Origin: Catajapyx aquilonaris
Taxonomy: Eukaryota
Direction of reading: 5' to 3'
NCBI GenBank assembly: GCA_000934665.2
Contig: KZ538226.1
Location: 62,001-97,536, forward strand
Length of the DNA stretch: 35,536 nucleotides
This document shows, piece by piece, positions 1 through 13,374 of this stretch. Positions within the stretch are counted from its first letter, which is position 1, and each line of letters begins with the position of its first letter. A program made the translations under genes and the position numbers. The notes below the pieces were generated by a model, which was given only the letters and a program-made list of their open reading frames with translations, made no database searches and was not told the origin of the DNA.

Positions 1-743
1 AACGCAGGTCAAAAATAGGGCAAAGGTCAACACCTTTTGGCGGTTTGCTTCCTGCTTAAATCTCGATCCATTTAATCCTGGCTCACAATGTACTGCGGGA
101 GGACACAGCCCGATTCCCTCGCTGTCTAAGCGTCAACGATCCGACGGAAAAGGAAGTCCAATAAAATTGATTACGGTGGCCACAAAGTTCAATGCGAGCA
201 GAGGAAGAAGTGGAAAAAAAAGGCTAGAGCATGGGGGCGGAACAGCACAAAGTGTGTATAAAGAAAAGCCACTTTTATCCCCCTAGAGAGATAGAGAGAG
301 AGAAAAAAGCAAAAAGGGTGGTGGCCAACTTTGCTTTGGTTCGACCCTATATTATGACTCCTACCATGAAAAGAAGGCTTGTACAGGAAAAAGGGGTGAA
401 TGTGGCGAATCAACCTTGCAAGCCAATCGGTAGGCGCAAAAAAAAGAACAAGGGGGCTTACAGTATCATTACAAAAAAAGGGCGGCCAGACTTACAGTTC
501 CAAGATACTGTACTGAACCTTAAGAAAATCCATGGCCTATGAAATGGGAGGTCAATCTCATTATTACAGTAGCATTTTCACAAAGGATCACTGTGAAGGG
601 CCCTCTGGCCTAGGCTCTTTACAGTGCACTGCTCCTGAATGGATGCAGAATCAAGAGGCGTATCTCAATGCGGTTTTGCTGCTTTAATGTGTGACTGATC
701 AAGGAGAGAAGACGTTGAAGGTACTGTACAGATTTACACTTAC

Positions 744-905
744 CTGGCATTCGTACGTCCCATTGTCCCTCTTCTGCACGTATCGTATCTGCAGCAGCCA
801 GTCGTCGGCCCCCTCTGCGTGGACCACTTGAAACCTCTCGTCGTTGGTATAAGTGAAGAGTCCGGAGGTGAGAATGTGCCAGTCTCGCCTCCGGATCCAC
901 GACAC
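744..905 (-). CDS. dpr12: Internal coding exon of a Dpr-family Ig-superfamily protein (Ig1 strands C-F), dpr12-like
   Basis: 162 bp, 54 codons: VSWIRRRDWHILTSGLFTYTNDERFQVVHAEGADDWLLQIRYVQKRDNGTYECQ. Contains the Dpr Ig1 signature (VSWIR..D.HIL...YT.D.RF...W.LQI.....D.G.YECQ). Acceptor is ctttctcttggcAG (907-906) and donor is GTAAGT (743-738); phase 0/0. Family call is strong. The dpr12 label rests on recalled similarity (RRRDWHIL, YTNDERF) and needs phylogenetic confirmation. Confidence 0.92.
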
Positions 906-3900
906 CTGCCAAGAGAAAGAAAGCTCATTTGGTGCCGGACTAGACTTCCTTTGTGGCCTCTATGGACAGCCCCCCTCTTTCTCATCCAAGGCTCCTTTTT
1001 CTCTACAAACGGTCAGTTCAAGACGATGGAGGACAGAAAAAAAGGAAGAAATGGTTGTGGGGGAGAGGTCAGATAAATGGATTTTCCCTCCTTCCTTTTT
1101 CAGAGACTGGACATGTGGGAGAGATTTTCAGGAGAGCCTTGAGCAGAAAGCAATTGGAGGACTTGAGCACAGATTGTGGCCTTAAGCCACATGTTGGTTC
1201 AATTGAAGACACTTGACAGATTTTTGAAATTGGTTGTGAAACCAGCAGGATATTCCCAACTCTACACTTTAGTGTCGTAAATAAAAGTGACATTTTTGGA
1301 GGCACTACTGTACCTTCCCTGTAAGTTGTCCGTTTGTATATAATCCGGGATCGTAGCGGTACCAGTATAATTTTGGCACAATTCAGAGCACTCCGGTGAA
1401 AATTCGCCGGGTCTAGTTTGCAGCTCAAAAATTTCAACCGGAGTGCATAATTTCCCCCGAAACCGAAGTTTCGCAAACATTGCCCCGCATTCCCTTGAGA
1501 GCCCGATAAACTGCTGCGAACAGAACTACATTAGCGCCCTTTCCATGGAAATATTGGGAGTAACTGAATCACTGCCGAAATCAAACCCTCAGGTGCATTT
1601 TTTTTGCAGGGTGGACCGCAAAAGTGGCCAAATTGTCATTCTACGCCTAGACCGCAATCCAAAGCAGAGTACAGAACATTTGCAATAGTACCGGTCCATG
1701 TTACGGACTGAAAAGCCCTCTTCTTGCAGTGATACGCAGTTGTTAAAATGGCTCTTGGCTCCCCTTTGTAGGAGAACTCGAAACCTCAAACCACCAAGTG
1801 TACATGGTGTTTGTTTTAATGCAATGTAAATTGCCCCTAGTTACAATGCAAAAGGCGTACGTACAGCGGTGAGGTACAACGCCTTTGCCATTTAAGTTGG
1901 CTAAAATATGGAGGCCCTCTGGCGGGCATGCTCACAAAAATTATAAATTTTTAATTAACACTTCCTTTTGAAAATGCTTTAGAAGACAACGTGAAAGTTT
2001 CTATAACGTCACATTTCGCTTGAAAATTAAATTAGCAACCACCGTAAAATGTGCGAGTCACAAAAGTCATGTTAATGCAGTACAAACTCTTAACAAATAT
2101 TTGATCACATCTCTCAAATATGTAAGAAGTTGAAAGGGCAATAAATCATTCATTTCATGTTATCATTTATTAACGGTAGCCCGCATATTCTGTGTACTCC
2201 GTCCCCATAATTATTATCTGCACTGATTGTTATTTGCATAAATATTCCAACAGTGAATCCTGTGTGCAAGAAATTGCTCAACCAACGACAGAGATGACTG
2301 AAAAAGTGTTTGAATAATTCCACCCTAACACTGATGATATCACAGTGCTTTCACACCTACAAAAAGTTATCTATTCGCAGCTAATCCCAGATATGACGCC
2401 CCATTTTTGTGTCCGTCACCATATGATATTGTCAAAAAATGAGATTGATGTAAAATTAAGCTCAGTCCACTTTTACGGCTATATTGGACCGCTTAAACTG
2501 AACCCATCATTGTTCACATACCTCTCGTACAGAGAGTCAGACACACAAGCCGAGGTACACCCGATCACAAAATTTCCAACAACGCCACCACATCACCTCC
2601 TCTAATGAATTGATTCTCACTAATATTTGATCCCACCGGCCCATGTTTCACGCTCCAAATTACATCGAGCGTCTGTTGTCAGTAAAAACGTAGCTATCCG
2701 ACCAGACACACTCAACACCAAATATGTCCATGACCCTTTTTTTTAAAAAAAACATGTTTTTTTTCCAACCATCCCTTGCTACATGGCTAATAATCCGGGA
2801 GGATAACAGTGCAACAACCAAACGGCAGGGTGTCCACTCATTAATTACCCCATTAAATTTCCTGCGATATGCCCGTGTAATTTGGAACCACCAGCATACG
2901 CTTGTGCCACACGACCCCGCAGAGGAATACATAATGAGGTCCCCTGCATAATTATATATTTTGACAGCGTCCAGGTTATATGGTGGGGAACAATCTACGG
3001 CGACACAATAATAAAACGCGTGAAAAATACAAGCAGCGCATGTCATTTTTTTGTCGGTTGGGATCTTTTTCCCAGCAGAAAACTTTGTTTAGATTTTTTT
3101 AAAAAAAACCTGGTCAAACATTTTTGGGAAATTCTAGAGAAGCGGTGAGAGCATTTTTTAATTCAAGTGGTCGCTTTCACGGGAATGTGGCCTCCAAAAA
3201 ATTCGTATGGGAAATTTCCTAGATGTTACAATTGTTGCTAGGTTTTACAGTGAGCTGAATTTTTTAATGCTTTTCCTCAGGTCAGAATTATTGATTGGGG
3301 AATTCTAACTTTTCAGGTGCTCATTGCGATCCCCAAAAAAATCTCACAGGAAGGCTTGTTTGCAGTAAAAATTCATCGAGCTTGAATAGTGCAGAAAGAG
3401 GGACTTAGTCCCTTGCTATATGCTCCGGATAAATCCGGGAACAACCATCTCTCCCCTCCCATCACCACATTCCCCCACCTCCTCCAGCAGTTACGACCCG
3501 TATAATAGAGCAGGTCCCGCCGGCAAACTTTTGCCCTGGCAAATGGATCAATCAAAAGGCGGAACCTCTTCGGGATGCCCTAGGCCTGTATCATGGGGTG
3601 ATCTTATGAAAGAATCCGGGAGAAAAAAAATAAGCTGGGATAAAATCCAGTAAAAAATTAAAACTCACTAGATCGGAACGAAATTGCTCTCCGCTATTTG
3701 TTTTCATTCCGGTGCTATCCTTGGGTCAATACGACACTTTATATTTTTTTGTCCCCGAAGATTCTCCGCATACCATGCTATTACCGAAAATAGAGACTAA
3801 TTACATTAGGTTTTGTCTGTGCGGGAGCGCCATAGTTTCAGAGAGAGCGAGTACTTTTGGGTGCACATTATACGGCTATAATTCAGGGCAGATGCAGTCT

Positions 3901-6900
3901 TCATTATGAAGAGATTCTTAGGCTGTATCCGGAAGAGTTAATTTATGGCCTTAGAGGAAAGATAATTACGTCACGCATAATTTAAGTATTAGCAAAGCAT
4001 GGCACGGTTAGAGCTTAATTACATTATTAGTTAATTACAGTTATCACTTGACCTAACTTGGCCTAATTTCTACTTTTGCCTGGAGAAGAACAGCGCTGTC
4101 ATTATCATTCAGGTAATGCCGGATAATAGATTCTCCTCCTTCAAGTGTAGGTTGCTGAGTTACTACACATTAAAGTCGACTTGGTACAATGCAATGAAGT
4201 GCTTTATGACTGCGTCAAGGCAAGTAGCCACCAGCTGGCGAAATATTTTCTTCACGTATCAATGTCTCTTTTCTTAAACTAGAAGTAACTGAACAGGAAT
4301 TGTCCAAACCCATTTCGTCTTAATGATCGAAATGGGAATACCCAAACCATAAGGCAAAGGTGCTTTGAGTCCTATAAGAGTGCCCTGAGTCCTTCTATAC
4401 TTCTCACCCTGCGGGTTGCGCCGACAGTGAAAAGGGTGCGACATTGTCGTCCAAGTGCAGTCTCACTCGTAAAGGACCAATCTCCTGGGCAATCAAAAGG
4501 CCAGCAAATCTCTCCCCAGGCTCTCTCGGCAGCCGCAGCACGCGATGAGTCCTACAGAGCCTATCGAGAGGACGTGATTTTTTAAAGTCTGCACCCAGTG
4601 TGACACCTGGCATTGTTCAGCTGCTGACACCCGAATAGAACTCGGGTTTTGCTTGCCCACAAAAGAGCTTGGCATTGATTAGCTTTTCCCTCCGCAAAAG
4701 CGAGTCTCTTCTAATCCTTCGCATTTGGTGGGAGACTCACAGCTAGACATTTTTTAAAAACCTGGTCCACACAACCCATTACAGGATCTGACGTCCCTTT
4801 TTATGGCGCGTTCGTCCAAGTGCCACTCTCCGGCTTCCATGGAAGACGTGGAGAGAGAGAAAAAAATCGATTGTGTCCTGGTGTGACTGGTAAAAAAAAC
4901 CGAGAGAGTTCCAGGCACTCCTTTGATGCCTGCCGTATTCAAATTTACCAATGCATATGATTTCAGCTGAGGAAACTGATCGAATAAGAGCAAGAAATTC
5001 TGGGGATGAATCCTCGCCGCCTTCAAAGGACTCTTGTCTCTCCTCTCATCCGAATCGTGTAATATTGCATGAGATGGCTTCAAATACGCAAAAGGCGCTT
5101 ACAAAGAGGTTAATAATGGGGCCCTGTAAGACCTCATTCAAAAATGGCCACAGATCTGCCAGAAAGTTCGTTCGCAAAAAAAAAACTCCAAGAGGAAAAA
5201 GGAAAAAAATAACAAAAAGAGAAGGACAGAAATTGTTGACATAGATATCTCGCAATTTGAGAGTCTCATCTGCAATGGAAAGTCACTGAGGGACAAATTT
5301 CAAATTGCATTTTCTGGCAGCCTTGTACTGTAAAATATTGCGAGAACAAATCCTGCTCAAGCGGCAATAAAGCATTATAACTCACTTTTAATGGTTTATT
5401 ACAGAAATGGGAACATTTTACTAAAGGATCGGATGAATTACAGTACAACTCGAGCGAAGTCCATTGAAATTGAAAGAGGACACTCGGGTAAAATCATCCC
5501 CCTACTTACGTCATAAAGTAATAATGTGTTTGAAAGTAGGACAAAATTACAATAAATCTGAGTGTGTCATTGTTACTATACGTTACAACATATTTGGCTA
5601 TTGTTCAATATTCCTGCAATTTTGCAAACATGCAAATTTTTTCTGAAGCACCTTGGTATACACTCGGATTCTGTTAACAACGATTAGGTAGCTCGCCTTA
5701 GAATTTCCTTGCATTTCGGAAGCGTCTGAAACCCACGAAAGCTGCCCCAAGGCTCGGTCACGAACTTCCTGGCTTCCACTGAGGGGGGCTAACTTCGATT
5801 ACACAAAAATCCACAGGCAACTCAGCACCTCGCCTGATAATTAGACAACGGGGGGGGCGACCCCCCTCTTCGGTTTACCTCCGGATTTTTGTGGGATCCC
5901 CAAAGAAACCAACCCTTGACTGCGGATGAAAGGAAGGAAGGAAGAGGCCAGGAAGTTACGTGACCCAATATTAATTCACCAACTCCAGAACCGAGCAATC
6001 TTCATCGCTCACTAAACCCATATCGATCCAAACTTCGCTGCTGACGGTCCACAAATCTTCCGTGTCAAAACACAGCACCGGTAAGTAACTCCTAATGGGA
6101 CTTGAGGAAAACGGGCTTTTCCTCCAAACTTGACCATTAGGAGCATCCCCCGCTCACGTCTCTATCACTGCAGCTATAAAAATTGTAGTCTTTCAGCAAT
6201 TTGTCATGTGCCTTTAAACATGTTATTGACAGGAATTTCGCTCTAATTTTATTCCTTTTTCTTGCCTTCATTAATTCTGAGCCGCTTAATTAAAAACACT
6301 TGATTCTCTACAAACAGACTAGTAAAGACACTAAGTCCCATCTGGCGCCACCAAAACGGACAAGAATGGCAGAGTGCATGGCCGAGGGACCCTGCTGAAA
6401 TGGAAACAAAGGATGCTAGGGACGAGTGGTGGAGAGCAAGAGAGAAAAGCTCGATACAGAAAATGCCAGCGAACTTGGCTCTCACCGTTAGGAGCTGGCG
6501 TTATCCGCTGGCCAGCAATGAAAACGGAGCTGAAGAGGGTCATTTCCTCCGCCTAAACGGCCACCCACAGACTATCCACACAAAAGCTCGTAATTTCCTG
6601 CATCTCTACCAAAAATTTTCTCTCTTTTTATCCCCCCCTTCCAACTCTTATCCTTGCGCTTTTGGCCACCTCCTCGTATATACGTGTCAGCTCCGTCTGG
6701 TGCACACCCAAATATTAATGTTCGCTCGGGAGTCTGTTTCTTGCCCCACAATTATGTCCGACTGGTGGGGGGACCCAGCAGTGCTAAAAGTGTAATAATC
6801 CATAATTCAACTAGGAACAATTACTCTCTGGTTCCATATCGTAACGCGACGAGTCATAAAGCGTCCTATGGTCACAGTTGATCTCGAAGCTTGGTCCCCT

Positions 6901-9900
6901 CCCCTTCGAACGAGTGGTACAGTTCCTACTTTTTTATTTCTAAAAAAAAGTGGAAAATAGAGAGACTGCATTTGAATAAATACACGGCAGACAAATGAGC
7001 AAAAGGGTAATTCGAGGGAAATGCTTAGTAGCGCATAGTATAGTCCAAGTCTGACTGAACTTCAAAGTGTTGCGACATGTGGGACTATAGTGGGGGGGGG
7101 GGGGGNGGAATTTCGAGTCGCTTCCGTCGTGGAACCCTGTCAACATGACTGAAAAGGATTGGGAAGCTTTGCATCATTATTTCCAACTTAGGCATTCACA
7201 GGGTCCTATCCAGCCCAAATTTCATGCATGCGGAAACTCTCACGAGGCGAGGGGGGTTTAAAAAAAATACATATACGGATACACCGGGAGTACACGCAGC
7301 ATATGTGTAGTGCACATGTGCTGGGAGAATATAACATAACATCCGCCACACACATCGCATTTGCATGTCATGCCACAGAGCCCCATTATTATACAAGGCC
7401 AATGTAGCCCTTTATAACGAGTTGCTGGAAAAGAATAATAAAGGGAACCCTCTCCTCTGGGAGGTTTTAAATCGACGTCAACATCACATGTTTTCCAGCT
7501 CTGACATAATTATAACGACGACACTTAAAAGCAGGAAACATCAGCTGTTAATGTCACCATATTTTGCCACACAGCCGAGGTAAAAATGTATATTTACTGT
7601 TGATATTCCGTGTCGGTAACAAGCCATTATTTACACAGAAAAGTGTAATTTCTGAATAATAATCTCACCAACAATGCTGGTCACTAAAGAGTCACTACAA
7701 GTGGGCGAATTTCTTCACAAGATTATCGGAGCTGCTCAAGACTGGCTATAAATATCTTCACTGTACTTTTCCCTATCCGTTCGCCCATTTCACTTTGACT
7801 GCCACGACTTACTTTCACCAGCGATAGTACCGTCTTAGGGAACAACTTTTGGAGTAAAATAAGCCTCGTAACCACCATTTTCCTCCACCGCGAAGGCTTG
7901 GATTCAGGTCAGTTCTATCCTCACTTTCTCGCCAAATTTGCATAGCGGGGAGCAAAAATGCTTCGCCGATCTCAAATAAAGGCCTGGAGAGAAGTTTGTA
8001 AGTTGAGTCGTGCACAGATTAAGAAGTAGCTGTCGTTCAGGGGCGATAAAATGTTCCAAGCGCCACTTCCGACAGCTTGAGTTGGCCTGGTGTGCACTGC
8101 CACTAGCTTCGGTATCGACCCGACCAGCAGACAGAGACCTCCAGAAAAGCGGATAAAAATGTCCGAAAAAAAGAGAAGACCTCGGTAAGACCCTTTTGGA
8201 AGCAGGTCGAACGGAAAAAAGAGCGATCAGAGATAAAGACAAAAAAATACTGATCAGAGATCACACAAATGCGATTTTGCTGTTTTGTACCCTTCTTTAT
8301 CCTGCAGAAAATCGTCTCATCTCAGGAAGCAGATTCTCGTTGGAAAATAATAACGTTGGAGGAACATTGATTCCTGTTTAAAACTGTCAGTTCTGCATTT
8401 CCGTCTCCGTGGTTCGTTCAATTACCTGTAAAATATTTGCAGCACACGTAAGGACATTGCCGGGGCAGTGTCCCCCCATGCAAAAAGGCTAATATAGGAG
8501 CCAATTGCGTCCCTTCCCCTTCATCTAACCGGCCAAAGGACCTCTCTTCCCTTTGAAGCCAACACAACAGGTCCAATTGGACACATACCGTCCTTCCCAA
8601 GCACACACAAGCACTTGGTAATTCATTCCCTGCCTCTCCACACAGTCATATAGAGCTGCGGTAGAGGCCAAGTGTCTTCCTATTTCTTCACAAACCCTCT
8701 GCGTTTTCCATCTGACGTGTACGTGAGTGGGAATTCCTTGACGTGAAGGAATCCGGGTGGCAGTTTCCAGAAGGGCTTGTCCTGGAGGATCCTGATGTTG
8801 TGCCAAGATTAGTCTTCAGAGTGCACGGGGGGGTAACGCGGCTCTTGTCATGTCCTGGAAGGGATTAAGTCCGGGGCAGAAACCCGACCCAGGGCCTTAG
8901 AATAACCCACCCTCCTCGCTCTCAGGACCCTGGATGATGCCGAATATGCCTCCGGACCCTCCAATTTTGTTTGCTCCGCTCTTAATTGGTTTAATACTCA
9001 CAAAGAGTGGGAGCCAGCACTAATTATCACGTTCCTGGAGCCGTCTGTCCATCTTTTAAAGTCCCCCCCTTTTAACCCGGGTTGTGAAGCAAGGCCTCGG
9101 AATTGCCCTGCACTCAACGTTCTACGACTTCTCAAGTTTCCTGGTGAGTCGAGCTGTACAGGATGGTACATTGCTCCAGTGCAAACATGGACAGAAACAA
9201 CTCGCTAAATTATTTATTCAATATGTCTTTGCTTGAATTGTGCTGAATAAAAATGTCAACTTATTAGAGTCAAATGTTAGCTCAATTCGTACAGAACCAT
9301 TTTTTAAGTAGCGAACCTTCTAATACGCTATTTCTATCCATCGGATGTTAGTCCGACCTGATAGTACCACGCTGGCGGCCGATTTACCACGTAGTACTAT
9401 TCTTCATGCATTGATTAGCGCACCCTTACTCTGCACACTCCTGCCACCTTTGATGATTGCGGGAGATAGTGGCACTATCAGGTCGGACAAACATATTCTA
9501 CTACAAAAGATATTCTGTGTATTTTTCAATAAAGTTAAAAGCTGTTTCAAATGATGATAGAGTCACACACTGTCCTGTTTGTTTCATTATTTAGCCTGGT
9601 TCTTGAAGTAAATTATTCCCTCCCTCGACTGGGTCAGTGCTCCACCCTGTAGACGCCAGCATGCTGCTGGCCCCTAGATGAAACTCCTTTCCCCCCTCCC
9701 CACACTAATTAACCCCGTTTTATGCAGTCTTAATGAAAGGTGTTGCAAAATCCCGCAAATTTTTTTCCCCCTCCCCTTCTCCACTAGGCTGGAACAGGGC
9801 TGCGTACACAATGCGTGTCCACTAATTAAGCCATGACTTATTCAGATGTCATCAGCGCGCGTCCATTTGAGCCCTTCTGCGGGGTTAAATGCATCCCGGG

Positions 9901-12900
9901 TCATTCTTAATGAACTTCTCCTGGGAAAGGCGCCTTCTGTTGGCTGCCGCCATATTTTGTATTCATAATATCCTCGGCACTGCAAATGTACTCGGTGCAT
10001 CAAACGTAATGGGCGGGCTCTGTTGAGGCACACACAGCCCTGAGAGAGGGCTACATCATTTTCTACCCAAAATCCGGGGAGCCTGGAAAGTGGGAGGCGG
10101 CTGTTAATTGACTTCTCCAAGACTTTGATTAAGTGTCGAACATGACCCAGGGCAACTGGCCCGGGACCATTTTGAGAAATTGAGCTTTTCCTTGCTGCCA
10201 GGAGGGGGGAAAGGGGCTGCTAAAAATTCCGGAATCAACTTGTAGGCAGTGAAGTATACTAAAGGCGGTAATCCATCAGTCAAGACTGGAAGCTAATTTA
10301 TGGACGTTGCTCTCTCGGAGACCCCCTCCCCCCCCTCGAAACAAAAGCTTCTCTGGGTAGAGCGAGGTGTGAGTTATGAGATTGCTCAAGTATTGCAATT
10401 TCTCATTAGAATGGTACAGCAGATGGCGCGGACAACAGCACAATCGCATTCGGTAATGAACATGCCGCCCCGATTCATCACTCGGCCGGTGATAATGTAG
10501 CTGGCTGTGCACTTCTCAGAACGGAATTATGGGAATAGAATTACTTGACTTTGCGCAGTTTCCACCCTGGAAGGATTGATCTGCTGTGGAGGAACAGTTG
10601 CTCGATGTGGCAGACCACGACGATCATAACAATAAATTGTTGTCAGGGAATCAAATATTCAGGTGTGTACACATCCCAATAATTTTTTTTGGCGTTACAA
10701 TATCGGCTTGCCATTAACCGAGTGATTCACTCAACTGCTGCCAATTAATTTAGCGGTGAACATGGTGGTAATGAGAAGTTTCTCCTCCAGAAACGAGTTG
10801 AAAATAGCCCGACATCACCTGCAGTTCCCTCGGGAGGTGTAGGGGGGGAAAGAGGAAAAGCGTTCCAGCAGAGTTCTCCGGGTTCGTTCCTCCGTCCGGA
10901 TCGGTGGCCATCCGGGCAGGCGATGATTGCAGATCTGCCTAGATTGCGCCACCTAGCCTTTGAATACTAAGCAGACGCCAGATTTCCATTTGGACCTCTC
11001 CTCGCCTCACGAATCGCACCTAATCTCTCAGACTGTGCTAAGAAAATTTTCCGATAGTCAAAAAATTATCGACACAGCTAACGATTCGAGGCGTGGCCCG
11101 AATCTCGCTCCAAATTATGTTTTTAAAAAAAGAAGTGAACTAACTGCTGCTACTACACATGTAACTAGATAGGAGGCTAATGCGCTGCTGTTGTCATCCG
11201 CACCCTCCGAGTCGATTAATTGGCGGGTGTTCTGCTGTGGGTGGGATGGGTTGAAACCAACACTTTTCGCCCCCATAAACACGCTCAGACGCGTTTCAAA
11301 AAGAATGTGGCAACAGCCAAATGTTTCATCACCGCGTTACACATTGATGACTGCGGTGTTACCCTACGGTTTATATGACACGGTTTGCTTCACTTAATTA
11401 GGGGTGGGGGCCTGGGTGGGTTTTGCGCGGCATCTCTTATGCAAGATCAGACGCGGACTTGATTACTCTCATTGTTATTCACGCCCGTCATTTTCATTTT
11501 GTTGGCCAATCAAATCCCCCACCCACCCAACCCATCCCCACTAACCCAACGCTCTTTCCGTATTCCAGCAAAATCCGGGCCGTTAAAATCGCACCGTTAA
11601 CATTTCCCAATGAAATATAAGTGTTGACCATCGAAATGATGCCGTGCAAACTCTGATATGGTAATAGGTCCAGCCATCAAGCTCCAGAGTGTATTTGCAG
11701 CTCAAGTACATAAGAAGCTTATATCTTCATTTAGGAAGAATCCTCCAGTGCAGCTGGGTCGGCCATAACTGATTTATTACTCATTGCCTGTTCATTAGTT
11801 GGGGGAGCTTTATCAGGAATTGCCTATTTAAACAACACTATATACAAGGGGAAAACTGTAGGTAACGTTACGCGCACTGATTTCGTGGCACACTGAAGAA
11901 GCCCTGAGGAAGTGTCTCACTATGTACAGTATGCAAGAGTCAACAAATCCACATGGCGTGAGGCTCAACCTGAAAGTCAAGGAGCAAGTGCCCCCATGGA
12001 GAATGGCCAGACTTGACGATAAATAATTCCTCGAGACCCGGTACCGTAATTAAATGATAAGGTGAGTGCAAACAGTAGTCGGGCTTTCCTGCTAACGACA
12101 TAGTTTGGGGCAACGTCCCCCAGAAAATGGTCGCGCAGATGAGATTAGTGCCCATCTTCGCCAGGGCGTACCCGTCTTATCATAAATTCCTTCTCTTCCT
12201 GTATGTTGTCAGAAACCCAACACCCCCCTCCTCCTTCCCTACAACTGCCTCCTGCACATTTAAAATCCGGACTCCTACACGTCATGCTTCCGGCATTACC
12301 CCGCCCCCCTTCCCATGTAAAGACCCTAATAATAGTTGCTTTATAGTGCTAACTCTATATAATGTTCTGGAATGAAATTAGCCTGCCGCACCTGCTGCTG
12401 CTTCTGCACAGTTTCATCAGCAGGGGTCCAATAAAAGCATTTTTCAGACCTTTTACTGCAGAATTGCGTCCAGTGTGTGTTGAGTGCGTATATTGTAGGA
12501 TGAAGCTCATGAGGTTAGAATAATCCTGATGTATGTGAGGGGGGGGGGGGAGACTACAGACCGAACTTTTTCATAACATGTGCAGAGAAAATAATATGGC
12601 CGTTTTTGGGGCGATTTGGCTTGTTTCGGAGGTTTTTCTATGAAGAGAAAAGTAAAATGTGTTTTTACAGCCCTTAAGATGGGCTGCTTACCGCTGGCGG
12701 GGAGTAAGAATCATATACTTTAAACCTTCTTTTATGACTGTTTCATTAACGCTATCCCAAGTTTTAGAATGCTGGGTGTTAGGGTTTTAAAAATATATAC
12801 ACACAGACGCAATCACGCCTGCAATAAACCGCTTTGATTACAGCTTTGCTTTTTGTACACTCAATCGAAACACGTTATCTGGCGGCGAGTTCATCCGTAT

Positions 12901-13072
12901 CTCAAACGACACGCGAGCCTTTCTTTGCTTGTAAAATTAAACTGTACACATCCATGCAATTATTACCTGCATTATCGGGGTTTATTAGAGGGAACACCTC
13001 ACCAATTAGATCCATTGAGATTCGTAATGAGCTTTAAACGTGTCCGATAATTTCCCCCAATGTTGTACTTAC
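906..13072 (-). other. 12,167-bp phase-0 GT-AG intron splitting Ig1 of the dpr-like gene
   Basis: Canonical donor and acceptor; the flanking exons join into a continuous Ig domain with no missing motif. Confidence 0.85.
7092..7108. repeat. Poly-G tract containing an ambiguous base
   Basis: G run with n at 7106. Confidence 0.9.
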
Positions 13073-13374
13073 GGGTCTTTCTCCGAGGTATCGCACACGA
13101 CATCTGAGACTGGCCGTCTCTCCAAGCTGGGCAGTGACATTGGTGACCATGGTGTGGTCAAATACCGGGTCTGCTCCCTGGTGCTTGTTAGGGTTCCTTG
13201 ACCTGGTGGGTATTGCCGTGTGCAGTGGCGGAGGGATGACCGGAGGAGGGTCCGGAAGCACCGGAGGAGAGATGGTCGAAGCATACGGAGGACCCGGAAG
13301 ACCCGGAATCGGCTCCAGGGGCCAAGGAGGAATCACTGGCCATGTGGCGGCGCTCGGCTCCAGGGTGCCTAGTT
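13073..13374 (-). CDS. dpr12: Upstream coding exon of the same Dpr-family gene: Pro-rich stalk plus Ig1 strands A-B
   Basis: 302 bp. Acceptor is ttttttattttcttccAG (13376-13375, phase 1) and donor is GTAAGT (13072-13067, phase 0). Translation ends ...DPVFDHTMVTNVTAQLGETASLRCRVRYLGERP, the typical Dpr P.F....NVT..LG..A.L.C.V..LG motif. It splices in frame to VSWIR, giving a complete Cys-Trp-Cys Ig core. Confidence 0.9.

Noticed and set aside
496..518. Possible 23-nt minus-strand microexon (ttttcttaAG GTTCAG...GAACT GTAAGT) after the Ig1 exon
   Set aside because: The translation does not resemble the expected Dpr continuation (VST....L.V) and it would shift phase.
619..1216. Several overlapping ORFs around the Ig exon
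   Set aside because: Alternative-frame or antisense shadows; only the 905-744 frame has domain motifs and splice sites.
2744..2764. A8-CATG-T8 palindrome
   Set aside because: Low-complexity homopolymers, expected by chance in this sequence.
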